64,000 bases of DNA from Octopus sinensis (GCF_006345805.1 NC_042997.1:156364001-156428000); one strand, 5' to 3'. Shown: positions 12,545-25,881, numbered from the stretch's first letter. Notes: generated by a model from the letters alone, not told the origin. Numbers and translations: made by a program.

Positions 12545-13384
12545 CTTAAAATTAAGGAAAACTTTGTCATTTTTTTTTTCATGTGCAAAGAAAAAAAACA
12601 ATTTAATGTTATCTATCTCTGAAGTTAAGGAAATTCTAATACTACGTTTTTTCTTGCTATGTCCTAAATATATTTTACTTTATCATGCAAAAAAGATTGA
12701 AGCAGAAAAAAATAAGTGAAAAAAAGGGAACAAGTTTAGTGGTAAACACAAGTTTAATACCATGATATATAGTTTTATACCAGCATCTTCTGCATGTTTA
12801 TAATAAAGACCAAATATTTTTTGTTGCATCTAGGCTTGGTTACTGATTTGCATCATGTCTGTCAGTGCAGGAATGAAATGTTTACAGTAGGCAATGACAG
12901 GGTTTATAAATATAGGATGTTAAGTCATAGCTTGTATGTGTGTGTGTGTGGGTGTGTGAAAGAGAGAGAGAGAAAGAGAGAGGGAATGAGAGAGATAACA
13001 GAATGTCTTATTGCCTTATATGATCTGTTTAAACCAAGTGGAATATTTATTGTAATAATAATAACGTCCACTCTCACAGAATGAATCTGAGCAAGTAAGA
13101 TTGAGAGCTCTGAGAAGTAAAATAATAATAATAATAATAGTGTTGGAATTAGGGGTGGTTTTGAAGAAGAAGCTTAAAGTGCAATATTAATGCTGGTTTC
13201 TCTCACCAGCACAAGGTCACAAGTTTTATTGGGGAGGCACAACCTCAGTAATTGGGTATTGCTTGTCTTATTGTCCCCAGAAAATGAAAAGCCAATGATG
13301 GCAGCATTCAAACTTATATCTAAATATTGAGGTATTTTATCTGGCACATTATCAATTTTGCCATGATTATTACTAATCATATAT

Positions 13385-13605
13385 AAAGGCGGTGAACAGG
13401 CAGAATCATTAGCATGCTGGGCAAAATGCTTGAAGGTAATTTTGTCCATCTTTACATTTTGAGTTCAAATTCTGCTGAGCTCGACTTTGCCTTTCATTGT
13501 TTCTGAGTTGATAAAATAAGTACTAGTTGAGCACTGGGGTTGATGTAATCAACTTACCCTCTCCCCTGAAATTGCTGGCCTTGTGCCAAAATTTGAAGCC
13601 ATTAT
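13385..13605 (+). mobile_element. Family B SINE variant (ends CCTTGTGCCAAAATTTGAA)
   Basis: Same head and central motif as 10372; alternative 3' end also seen at 20818, 37313 and 57988. Confidence 0.75.
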
Positions 13606-13747
13606 TACTAATTACAATTCTGACTTATTATGTTGTCCAACCCATGCCAGCATGGAAAGTGGACGTTAAATTATGATGATGATATGTTTTGAGTTCAAGT
13701 TCTTCCAAGGTCAACTTTGCCTTTCATCATTCCAGGATTGATAAAAT

Positions 13748-14514
13748 GGGACTAATGCAATTTCGCACCTCTCCTTGAAAAATGGATTTTTTGGAAAGAA
13801 TTTTTTCGGATTCCTATGTTTTAGATGTCAGAGATTATGAATATGCAAAAGAAAAAAAAATTGCCCCCCCCACTCCCCCCACCCCCATTTAAAATTTTGA
13901 ACTTTTACGAAATTTTTTTCCCTATGTTTTAGATGATGGATATTCTGAATATGCAAGAACCCACATTTTCAAAGTTTTACATTCAATAAGCACATAGATA
14001 TGTCTAAAGAGGTAGATATGAATGTCTTCCTGGGGCTAAAAACAACAGTAACACCGTCTTCTATAGGATCACCACATTTAGTTGACAAATATATTTTATG
14101 AATAAATAGATAGACAGCTAAATAAATAAATGGATGAAAAAGTTCAAAATTGGGGGAGGGGGTGAAATTCAAGCTCTTTATTAAACTTTATAACATTAAT
14201 TATTAAACATTACTGTTTGTTTCTCATATAATGGTGTATCTAATTTACATTAAATTATTATTTACGATTATTTAAGGCAAACACAAGAAATTCGCAAATT
14301 CTTTTCACTTTAATGTTTTTGTCTGGATTTAATTTTGATTTGCATATGTTCGTCAATTTGCCACGATCTCTTGTGGTGATATTAAAAGGAATTTTTTCCT
14401 TCATTTTTTTTTTTCTGCATATTCGTAATCTCCGACATCTAAAAGGCAGGGATCTGGAAAAAATTTTTCAAAAAATGTATTTTCCAAGGAGAGGTGCGAA
14501 ACTGCATTAGCCCC
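13748..14514. mobile_element. Non-autonomous DNA transposon with about 115-bp TIRs ending GGGG, 8-bp TSD (Merlin- or Mutator-like), inserted into a family B SINE
   Basis: Left GGGACTAATGCAATTTCGCACCTCTCCTTG; right CAAGGAGAGGTGCGAAACTGCATTAGCCCC; GATAAAAT duplicated at 13740-13747 and 14515-14522; host SINE resumes on both sides. Confidence 0.85.
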
Positions 14515-15825
14515 GATAAAATGAGTACCAGTTGAGCACTGAGGTTGATGCACTTGACTTACTTCACTCTCGTAAAATTGCAGGCCTTGTGCCAAAATTA
14601 GAAGGAATTATTACAGATTATAATTTAATAGATGGGCACATAGCCACAGATTGGTGTGATAAGGAAGAGTTGATTAAATCAAACATAGTACTTGGCTGAT
14701 ATATTCCATCAACCCCTAAAATGATGAAATGCAATCATTATCATTTGACAACTCTGGTTAAGACAACAAACTCCATGATTCTGCATAAGCACATCAATGT
14801 CTCACACTTTATATCCCAAATCTCTGGCGATGATATCCAATGACACATGAACCTACGACTTCTTCTACCAATTGCTGCCGTCTCCAAAGCATTACGTTTG
14901 AAAGAGCAATTTGAATGCTAAACGGTTAAAGTTGACTATGACTGATTAGACTTATGCTCAAACGTGTCCCAGTTCACCCATTTACCAACCTGTTCTTCTT
15001 CTAAGCATTATATATCTATGACTACCTTATCCATAATAACAAGCTGTTATTTGAGGGAGATTTGGCTGGTATTTTTAGCTGGTCAAGCTGACAATGACTT
15101 TCTTTTTGTTCTCAAGCAATACCCAGTAAATTGCACTCTACATTGCCTCACTGTTTGTAAGATGAATGGTAAAGCCAAACACTGGGAATTGATCTCATAA
15201 TGTATACACTCAAGAAACACTATCAGTTTATAGCATCTTTTGTCTTTTATCTCTTGTTTCAGTCATTGGATTGTGGCCATGCTGAGGCACTACTTTGAAG
15301 GGCTTTTACCCTTTCATTACTGTATTTATTTTGAGATGCTTTGTGTTTCTTTCAATTACTTTAAATATAACAAAGAATTTAGTAAAATAACTTAGTTATC
15401 ATTCAGCTAGTGTTAGGAACATAAATTGTGACTAAGGTTTGGTGGAAGATTTTAATTCAGAACATATGAAAACATAACCAGAGTCAGAGCTGGTTTCAGC
15501 TGGGTTGGTAACAAAAGGTCTTTTGTGTAGTGGTGTGTTTCTTCACTTTTGCATAGAGGAATGGTCAGTAGAAAGGTGTTTGAATGGCAGTTTGAAGTAT
15601 GTTGAGGGTGAAGATGAGCTCTGCCAGATGGAGAAGGGTGGAGGAGCTGGGTGTGGGGTCAGGGCGACAGTCAAGGAATTATTGGAGGGCTAAGAGACTG
15701 TCATTATGGTGAATGACCATGTATAGGGATTCGATGTCCAAGAAGAAATCAGTCCCAGAACATATATTTATCATTGAATAATTGAAGAAGAAATCAATCC
15801 CAGAACATTTTTTTAAAAGTCTGGT

Positions 15826-16245
15826 GCTTATTCAGTCAGTCTCTTTAGCTGCACTGCTATGTTACAAGGACATTAAAAAAAGACTAACACCAGTTGTTAA
15901 GCAGTGGGGAGAAGGACAAATACGGATACAAAAACAACATACACACAAACACATGATTGGTTTGTTTCTCATATAATGGTGTATATTTAATTTACATTAA
16001 ATTATTATTTGCGATTATTTAAGGCAAACGCAAGTAAAATGCAAATTCTTTTCACTTTAATGTTTTTGTCTATTTAATTTTGATTTGCATGTTTCCAACA
16101 GCCAAATTCACTCACAAGGAATTGGACAGGTTGAGGTGAATATAGAAGACACTTGTCCAAGGAGCTGTGCAGTGGGACTGAAATTGAAATCATGTGATTG
16201 GAATGTGAGCTTCCTAACCACACAGCAATGTCTTGCCTGCACCTA
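15826..16245 (-). mobile_element. Family A SINE carrying a 131-bp insert (15960-16090)
   Basis: SINE halves flank a copy of 14215-14345. Confidence 0.7.
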
Positions 16246-17035
16246 TGCTAAAATATCTTTTGAATGTCTGCTGAAATATGAAACAGGAAGCTCTAATGTC
16301 AGTGACTTAGCAAGCAAATGGTTTACTTCAGTCCTAAACTTCAGTATTTACATGAATAACCTAGCCGAGAGCAGAATTTTCTTTTTCTTTTTTTTACATA
16401 ACAAAAATATGTTCCCCACCACCATCACCATTTCCTTATATACACACACATACATACATACACTCATGTGCAGACAATCACAAACACACACACACACACA
16501 AATACAGAATGTTCTGTTTATTTCTGTTCAAGAGTGAGTACACATATAGCATTTTGAGTCAACAAGGGAATTTCTATGTGGTCTTTCAGCCTACTAGAAA
16601 TAACAGTCAATTCTCCTTCAGATTATTCTGTAATGCTCTTCAAATACGAAGAAGGCATTGAATGATATTGCTTTCAATGATTTATGTCCAAAATGGATGG
16701 AATGGTTATGCCTGGAATGTCTGCAGAGATCAACATTACACACAGATGCACACACATATACAATATATAAAATATACATCTTTGCACATAAAGATACATA
16801 TTTTTTATCTTTTTAATTTTTATTTGTTCCAGTCAATAGACTGTGGCCATGCTGGGGTACCACCTTGAGAAATTTTTAGTCAAATGAGTCAACCCCAGTA
16901 CTTATGTTTTTTTAAGCCTGGTACATATTTTATTGATCTCTTTTGCCAAACCAGTAAGTTATGGGGATGTAAACACACCAACGCCGGTTGTCAAGTGATG
17001 AAAGGGCACAAAGATACACACAAATATATATATAT

Positions 17036-17337
17036 ATCATCATCATCATCATCATTTAATGTCAGTTTTCCATGCTAGCATGGGTTGGATGGTTCGACCG
17101 GGGTCTGGGAAGCCAGGAGGCTGCACCAGGCCCCAGTCTGATCTGGCAGTGTTTCTACAGCTTGATGCCCTTCTTAATGCCAACCACTCCATGAGTATAG
17201 GAAGGGCATCAAGCCATAGAAACCATGCCAAATCAAACGAGTCTTGGTGCAGCCTTCCAGCTAGCCAGCCCTGATCAAACCATCCAACCCATGCCAGTAT
17301 GAACAATGGACACTAAATGATGATGATAATGATGACA

Positions 17338-17340
<3 letters not shown>
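17036..17340. mobile_element. Two family C copies in inverted orientation, directly abutting
   Basis: Minus-strand copy 17036-17195 then plus-strand copy 17196-17340, with (CAT)n and (ATG)n tails at the outer ends. Confidence 0.8.
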
Positions 17341-17368
<28 letters not shown>

Positions 17369-17485
17369 CATCACACACACATAATACATATATATACACA
17401 CACACACACACCACACACACACACATAATACATATATATACACATATATAGATATTTATAATATACATTTATATATATATATACA

Positions 17486-18345
17486 CAGAGTGTGGTGAAT
17501 ATATTGTCGTCTGAATTAAGCAAAAATGAAAATGACACTGACATCTCATTTTAACAGATATATATACCAAAATTACATAAAAATATCTTGAAATACTAAA
17601 GAATAAGTTTATTCAATAAAATCGCCATCTGCTTCAACCATAGCCTTCAGACGACTTCAGTATCTCCTGGCACTCTTCTGGATGGTCTCCTTGTTTAAGT
17701 TGGTGCATGCTGCCATAATCCTTGCCTTCAGTTCATCTTTAGTGTTACGAGGAGTTTCGTTGGTCTCTCACTCATGTGCACCCCACACAATAATGAAGAG
17801 GTTGCAATCTGGCGAGTTAGATGGCCAAATGTTAGGGACGATGTGATTGCAGAAATTGTCTGACAGCCACGACTGGGTTCTCCTGCTTGTGCAACATGAT
17901 GCAGAGTCCTGTTACCAGAAGTAGGGCTTTCCAGCAGTGACCCTCTTGACCCAGGGCAGCACTACCTCCTCCAGGCACTTGATGTAGGCCTCCATGTTGA
18001 GCCTGAGGTAGTGTGAGAAGATGAAAGGAGACATATTGTTGCCATCACTAGTGATCACTTCAAATACCATAATGTTGACTGGATGTTTGAGTTTATCACT
18101 CTTGTTACATGCACTGTCCTCAGATTGACACCCAAATATTGGAGCTTCCAGTGTGAATGCCAAGCAGTACAGCATATTGCTTCCAAATTTCTGGCAGAGT
18201 GAATTGTTTCATGGTGCTGTTTTTCTCACCAATGGTGCCCAACTGACCCTACTATACTATGTAGTCGACAAAATCAAAAAGAAGCAATGCACATGCATGA
18301 AAAATTAGAGATATAAAATGGCGACAATTTACCCATCGCACCATG
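17486..18345 (-). mobile_element. Internally deleted Tc1/mariner element, DD37D (maT-type) transposase pseudogene
   Basis: Minus strand encodes HPVNIMVFEVITSDG...KCLEEVVLPWVKR...W*QDSA...WPSNSPDCN...KAMVEADGDFIE*; CAGGGTGCG-like termini; homologous to 51792-52667. Confidence 0.85.
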
Positions 18346-18364
18346 TATTTTCATATATATATAT

Positions 18365-18843
18365 GTTGTTGGCATCCTTTTTGTCTCGAGAGACAATGGA
18401 GTTGCGCATAAAATAATCTAGTCCGGCTTTTACATTTCATGTTCTAATACACTTCCTGCTGTGGCTGTGTAGTCCTATCCTGGACAAACACTCCTTCTGG
18501 CAGGTGCCGCAAATGTAGCGAAGACTTTGCCTGGCTGGTTGTAATGTCATAGTTTCTTGTTGACGTCTTTTCTTGTCTTTCCATTTCTCCTCTCTCTCTC
18601 TCTGTCACTCCTTTGTCTTCCCTCTTTTACAGTACGTCGCCAATCTCCACGGTTGCTGGCAATTGCTTCCCAGTTGCTAATATTGATGTTGCAGGCCTTC
18701 ATGTCCCTTTTGCAAACATCCTTGTATCATAAGAACGGTCTTCCCACAGACCTAGTGCCCCTAGCAAGCTTTCCGTAGAGTATGTCCTTGGGAATTCTGC
18801 CATCTTCCATACGGCTAACATGTCCAAGCCATCTCATACGTCT
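18365..18843 (-). mobile_element. RTE-clade LINE 3' fragment
   Basis: Translates RRMRWLGHVSRMEDGRIPKDILYGKL..G.R..GRP....KDVCKRDMK, a typical RTE ORF C-terminus; 3' end runs into (TA)n. Confidence 0.85.
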
Positions 18844-18880
<37 letters not shown>

Positions 18881-18884
<4 letters not shown>

Positions 18885-19470
18885 GGAGGAGAATTCATAA
18901 AAATACAAAAGATGAAGACAGATGGTGTAGACAACAAACAGATGTATTAGTATAACGCTCGGGAAGTGAAAAAGTCTTTAACATTTCGAGCCTATACTTT
19001 TCCACAAAAAGGAACACAGAAAGAAACAATGAGAGAAAATAGGAAAAAGCAGAAAGTACAAAAAATGTTTAGAAAAAATACCAAAAAACCATGAGAGAAA
19101 ATAGGAAAAAGCAGAAAGTACAAAAAATGTTTAGAAAAAATACCAAAAAACCAGGAACACAAAAAACAACAATGCAAGGAACACAAAAAACAACATATAA
19201 AGTATCAGCAGACGCTCAGGGGAGGAAGGAAAAATGGTTTAACATTTTGAGCAAATCTCTTCTTCAGAAACAGAGGAAAGTCCAATAGAAAAGGAAGATG
19301 GAGGGAAAAAAATTGCCATGACCGGAAGGGAATGGGTGAAGAAAAAGTTCTTTCTCAGACCAGAGAGTGTAAGAGAAGGAGGTATGTGTGGGTATGTGTA
19401 TGTGCAGAAGTCTCTGTGTGTGTGTAACAGCATGCGTGTGTGTGTGCAATAGCATGTGTGTGTGTGTGGT
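18881..19470 (-). mobile_element. Penelope-like remnant with two decayed hammerhead-like motifs and a 62-bp tandem duplication
   Basis: Motifs at 18976-19011 and 19237-19271 (GTTT-CTGAAGA-A-GAG..CTC-[G>A]AA-ATGT-T-AAAC); duplication 19029-19151. Confidence 0.55.
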
Positions 19471-20817
19471 GTTGGCTGTTTATATGTGTATGTGTGAGTG
19501 AACTTCTTGTCTTTTAATGTTGTAGAAAGAATTCAGCAGCATTGTAACAGGAGTGGTGGTCTTTTGTGTAGTTGCACCACCACCATCATCGTCATTATCA
19601 GCAGCATCATTTTGTGTTCATTTTCCATGCTGGTATCACAGAATTTATGATAGAGTGTACATTTTCATGGCATTAACCTTATAGAGGTCATATAATTCCT
19701 GGTAAAAAACTACAGTCCTCTCAATTCTACTTTAACTTTGATCTCAATTCACCAATCACTCAACAGAATGTGCTGAGTACTGTTTTCAAGACTCCAGCGC
19801 TAGTGAGGTTGCCTTATGACTTTAAAAATCCCTTAGGATTCAAAGAACAAGAGAAAGAGAGACAGAGGAAGAGAGAGGGAGATGACTTTGAGTCAATGTA
19901 TTAAGAGAGGGTAAAGTATGATAGGAGGAACAGATTTATTGTTGTGAGAGGGTGGTAAGAGAGGAAATAGTAAGAAAGAGGAAGGGATAAAGTAGTAAAG
20001 GTGATGGGTGGATTGGGTAGGGGCAGATCCACTAAGAGTGACTGTAGGATGGAGATGTAGGTGGAAGAGAGAAATAGATGAGGATGATGAGGAGCTGAAA
20101 AATGTCTGGAGAGAGGGTCAGTGAGAGAAAGAGAAGTGTGGGGGGAAACATTAAGTGGGTTGAAAGGGGACACATACACACACATATATACATGCATATA
20201 AATATATATATATTTGGGAATATCATTCCAAACTTACAGGGAAAACTTTTTCTAATTTATATATATAAGTATATATACACATCATACATATGCACACACA
20301 AGGAAGCACACACACACACACACATACAAACATTTATAAACTTGGCATTTTAGAAAATATAATGCAACAGCAGAGATGGTAGGCCTAAAAGAAAATAGTT
20401 TAAACTGAAATTCTTAAAAACAACACTCGAGATAAGAAAAAAATTCTTACATGGCTGTATTTTTATTAAAATACTATGTCTATGCTTTTACAATTAATTT
20501 AGATAATAATTAGGAATTTGGAGGTATTTAGATAAATAACTAATTCTGTCATAATTAAGTTGATATTTCGAAAATAATTTAACAAAACATTCTTATATAA
20601 AATGTATGACAAGGATTTTAATTTACTGGTGTATTAAATTGATATTTGAAATATAAAAACAGTCATGCATTCCAAATTTTACTCATAAAGTATAATGCTT
20701 CTGTGATTATGTCTCTCATGAAATACATTGCTTATGTATTACAATTAATTTAGAAAATAATAAAGATTTCAGAAGTATTTTATAATATAATGAGCACTTT
20801 CATTATTAAGCCAGTGT

Positions 20818-21032
20818 AAGCGGGTGAGTTAGCAGAATTGCTAGCGTGCTGAGCAAAATTCTCAGAAGCATTTCATTTGTTGTTATGTTCTGAGTTCAAA
20901 ATTTTGCTGAGGCCAACTTCACCTTTCATCCTTTCGGGGTCGATAAAATAAACACCAGTTGATTACTGGGGTCAATGTAATTGACTTACACCCTCCTCTA
21001 AAACTGCTGGCCTTGTGCCAAAATTTGCAAAC
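20818..21032 (+). mobile_element. Family B SINE variant
   Basis: Colinear with 13385. Confidence 0.7.
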
Positions 21033-21212
21033 CTTGTTAAGCCTGTGCTTGGAACTTAACAAAATGTCATTTACTAAAAATTTAGGTTTTAATTTTAAAA
21101 TGAAGATTTTAAATAATGAAATTTGTCACAGAACCAGAGGTACTTCCACCCTAGTCCATCCTCTGTAGTTACCCTCTCTTGTACCCACTCTGTTTGTCAC
21201 ATTGCCCCAAAT

Positions 21213-21465
21213 CAGTGGTTCCCAACCATTTCTTGCCTATGGACCCTTTTGATTCCTATTTTACTCTACTGGACTCCCATAGCCATCAATATTTTTAAAA
21301 AGCCCCATTGTATATTTATCATAAGATATTAGGAATTGTATTTAAAAAATTGTTGAAATATTTTGTGTATTGTAAAAGTATAACTAATTTATTACATGTA
21401 AATTTTAACAGCAAAATCTTATATGGACCCTCAAGAGCCATGTGAAGCCTGGTTGAGAACCACTG
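21213..21465. mobile_element. hAT-type MITE
   Basis: TIRs CAGTGGTTCCCAACC / GGTTGAGAACCACTG; 8-bp TSD CCCCAAAT/CCCTAAAT (7 of 8 match). Confidence 0.8.
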
Positions 21466-22625
21466 CCCTAAATGAATGGAATCAATATAGAGCAGTGAGG
21501 ACTCCTTCTGTCTTAAAGGACACAAGGAAAACTCATTAGTAATGGTGCACCAGTATACAGTAAAATGGATATGGTGTGTTTGAATAAAAAGATGGGACAG
21601 TCACAATAGAACATCTAAGATAATAGATTTACTCAGTCAGGGCTAATATGGGACTAATACGTCTGTGCAGTTAAATAACCTGTTAGAAAAAGCATCAGAA
21701 TCTCAATAAAATTATATTCCTACATCTTTGATAAAAAGAATATTTTGTGATAGTGTAGTCCTAAAGATATTTCAAAGGGCACTGCAAAAAAAATGGAAAG
21801 GTCATGAATGGACCATCAGTAATACACATCCCTACCATATTTTATTTTTTACTTCTTTCAGCAATTGAATTGTGGCCATGCTGGAACACCTAACATTTTT
21901 TTTTAAATCTAAAAAAAAAAGAAAGAAAAATAAAGTAGACATTACATAATGAAACCCTAAATATGCCTACAGAGAGGAGTTGGATAATGACTTTCATCAT
22001 AAGTGTGTTCAATCAAGGCCGACATGAAAATATACAATAACAAATGAAAGTGGTGGTGAGGCACCATGGTTGATGATAATTACATACATCAAGAGAATTC
22101 GAATCTTTCTGATTGTTTCTTTCCCTAGAGCTTACAACTAGCATCTCTAAATCCAAGATATTACACTTGTTTAACCAACACTTGGTAGAACACTACAGAT
22201 TTCAGAATTTCTAGATTGATTAGATACGAGTGTAAATATGCATGGGTGTGTATGTATATATTTATAGATATATATCTGTATTGATATTACATATTTATAT
22301 ATGCATATGCATACACACACACACAGTGGCATATCTTTTCTGTTACTTGTTTCAGGCATTAGACTGCAGCCGTGCTGGGGCACTGCCTTGAAGAATATTT
22401 AGTCAAATGTATCGACCCCAGTACTTACTTCTTTAAAGCCTGGTACTTATTTCATTGATCTCTTTTGCCAAAACACTAAGTTATGGGAACGTAAATACAC
22501 CAACACCTGTTGTCACATGGTGGTAGAAGACAAACACAGGCACAAAGAGATATTGTTTTATTTGGGGATGGTCACATATTTTTTGTCAGTTAACGACATG
22601 CACTATACTTTATCTTCCTTTCACC

Positions 22626-22627
<2 letters not shown>

Positions 22628-22676
<49 letters not shown>

Positions 22677-22802
22677 GTTGTTGTTATTGTTATTGTTATT
22701 ATTATTATTATTATTATTGTTGTTGTTATTGTTATTGTTATTATTATTATTATTATTATTATCATCATTATTATTATTATTATTGTTATTATTATTATTA
22801 TT
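22628..22802. repeat. (ATT)n/(GTT)n microsatellite expanded inside a family E repeat
   Basis: Direct reading; flanks match 925-1085. Confidence 0.9.
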
Positions 22803-23444
22803 TTAGTGTCCTTTGTCTGAAATATTTTGTTGCACATCCTGTGACCTATTCAGTGACTCTCCATTTCACATCTCTCCATTCCATGTTTCCTAGTCCATAG
22901 AACAGACAAGTTGCAGGTATGGCTGTGTAGTTGAGGTGTTTGCTTCACAACTACGTCATCACAGGTTCAGTCCCATCATGAAGCAGTTTGTGCAAGTGTC
23001 TTCTAGTGATGGATAGTTTGAATAGTGGAAGAGCAGTGATCTCCAACATTATATAGATACATCATCATTATTTTACGTCCATTTTCCATGCCTGTATAAG
23101 TTGGACAGTTCATAATTGGAATTAGTTTTATTGTTAAGAGCAGACAGTTGGGAAGAAATTAGCAATGACAGTATAAGGGAAATGGATAGCAAAAGGAAAA
23201 GTGGGGAAAAGTAGTGTCATAGTAATAAGGATGGTAGGGTGTTGTGTAAGATGAGATGCCCAGTTAGATATAGGTAGGTAGAATGGTGTATATGACAGGC
23301 TTCTTTTAGATTCCATTTACCAAATGCATTCACAAAGGTTCATTCAGCCTATACATTCTCAATGGTAAGTAGTGAGATTGAAACTGAAATCATGTGGTTA
23401 GAAAGCAAATTTCTTGACCACACATGCATATTTATCATATATAT

Positions 23445-23703
23445 CATCATCATCATCATCATCATTTAACGTCCACCTTCCATGCTAACATGGGTGGGAT
23501 GGTTTCACAAGAGCCAGCCAGGCAGAAGCCTGCACCTGACTTCTGTGACTGTTTTGGCTGGATTTTTACAGCTGGATACTCTTCCTAATACCAACCACTC
23601 AGCAGAGTGAACTTAGTGTTTTTATGTGGCACAAGCACAGGTGAGGTCAGTTTTGGCAAGGTTTTTACAGCTGGATGCCCTTCCAAACACCAACCACTTT
23701 GCA

Positions 23704-23746
<43 letters not shown>

Positions 23747-23910
23747 GACAGGCTTCCATACAGTTTCCATCTGCCAAATTCACTCACAAGGCACTGATCA
23801 GCCCAAAGCTACAGTAGATGGCATTTTCTCACTGTGCCGTGCAGTGGGATTGAATCTGAAACTACCTGGCTGTAAAGCAAGCTTCTTAACTATGCAGCCA
23901 AGCCTGTACC
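23445..23910 (-). mobile_element. Family C copy followed by the 5' half of a family A SINE
   Basis: (CAT)n-TTTAACGTCC...CAGCTGGATGCCCTTCC; then CAGTTTCCATCTGCCAAATTCACTCACAAGG. Confidence 0.7.
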
Positions 23911-23957
23911 TATATATGCATATTCATATATATGTATATGTGTGTATATATAATACA

Positions 23958-24007
<50 letters not shown>

Positions 24008-24336
24008 CATACAAACAGAAATGCACAAACATACAGAGTTTGACATTTCAATATATACATATATATACATATTCATATGCATTGTTGAATGCTAATATAT
24101 TGACTTGAAATAAAGTAAAATGTGTTTATTACAGATTTTTTTTTTGTTTTTCTATAAATTTCAAGCTGACTGTCAGTGGCTTACAGTCTGATGTCAGTTA
24201 TAATTCCAGCTTTCAGACAAACAGAAGAAGATCATTGAATTGGAATTAATATTTTAGTTTTACTTTTCTGATTTTTCTCACTTGACTTACATTTTCTGTT
24301 TCCAACTGCCGAAGAAGCAAAAACACATACACACAG

Positions 24337-24337
<1 letters not shown>

Positions 24338-24425
<88 letters not shown>

Positions 24426-24446
24426 GTGTGTGTGTGTGTGTGTGTG

Positions 24447-24515
<69 letters not shown>
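24338..24515. repeat. Long (GT)n microsatellite
   Basis: Direct reading. Confidence 0.95.
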
Positions 24516-24516
<1 letters not shown>

Positions 24517-25759
24517 TGTTGTATATTTTCCTAACCAAATCAACTCCATATTTTAATTTTGATATCTAGAATATGGTGTTAAAATCAACTTACTTGGATG
24601 ACTTAACAGAAAATAATCCAGACACCAATTTGTTATTCAAGGAAAAACAAAAGAGAAGAATAAAATATTTATGGAAAGTTTTTCTTTTGTTTAAAATTTT
24701 TTATCAAATCTTTCTGCATGTTTTATATTTGTTTTTTTTCCTAAATTTGGATCTTAGATAACGTTGTTGATGTTTAGTTCTAAAACAAACCTTATCAAAC
24801 AAGCTGATGATCAAAAGCATTCTAGTTATGATAATCCCATCTGTGTTTTTAAGGTGTAGTGCATCTTGGATTACATTATTCAATGTGTTCTTATCTTAAG
24901 ATAGTAGTCTTGTAAGGGATATGGCAATCTCTGTGATGCTAGAACAAGGATTAAATGTACTCAGTGTACTCTCTAAAGTGGTTGATGAACTAATGAAGAC
25001 AATGTAGGATATAGAGAACTCATTCATCTCACTGAAGCCATGGAAACTTCTCTAATGCTGGTGCCACAATAAAATGCATCTAGAACACTCTTTAAAGTAT
25101 TTGGTTCTAGGAAGGGTGTCAAGTCATAGCAAGCTTTCCAAAAATGGAATATACAAATGAGACAGTGTCCTTGAACTCATCTAGGAGGACAGTAACTAAG
25201 AATAAGAACTGACTCAGTCAATGACAACATGTCTGATATGCCATTATGGCAAGTGATGATGCTGATGTTGAGATTTGGTTGCTATTTTGCTATTTCTTGC
25301 AGGTTGAGGTATATACACATATATTATTAGATTACTATGTGATATCCACCCATCCATCTATCTATTTATATACATACATATATTTGTATATATATATATA
25401 TATATATGAATGAATGAAGGAATTCCAATATTTTAAATCTGGGTTTATGCCTGTTAACAAGGGTGGCTGGATCTACCTCACTCTTACACCAACCACTCTC
25501 CCACCATTTCACCCAGTTTGGGGCATCCTCCCTCCCAATCTCCTCCTTCACATTTTAGCAAAGAATATATATATATATATATATAAGTTTGATGGAAAAA
25601 ATAGGATATATTTTTTATTACTATTGACTGAAAGATACAAATCTGACTCAACAGCAGAGAGCTTTATGTATGACACCAAATTGACTAATATGTTATCTAA
25701 TATTGATGTAAATACATATCCATAATATATACAGAATTCCTATAAATTCTCATTGTTAG

Positions 25760-25881
25760 GTATGATAAGGCAACAGAGAATATTTTGAAGTTAAATCCAT
25801 ACTGCACTCTTTCTAAAATTAAATCCAATGTAAATTACTTTAGTAAGTCATTCAAGAAGGGTTTTGCAACAAACAGTTTAG
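25760..25881 (+). CDS. Candidate internal coding exon, unknown product
   Basis: CATTGTTAG acceptor, 40 open codons (YDKATENILKLNPYCTLSKIKSNVNYFSKSFKKGFATNSL), AG|GTAAGT donor; no recognisable homology. Confidence 0.25.
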
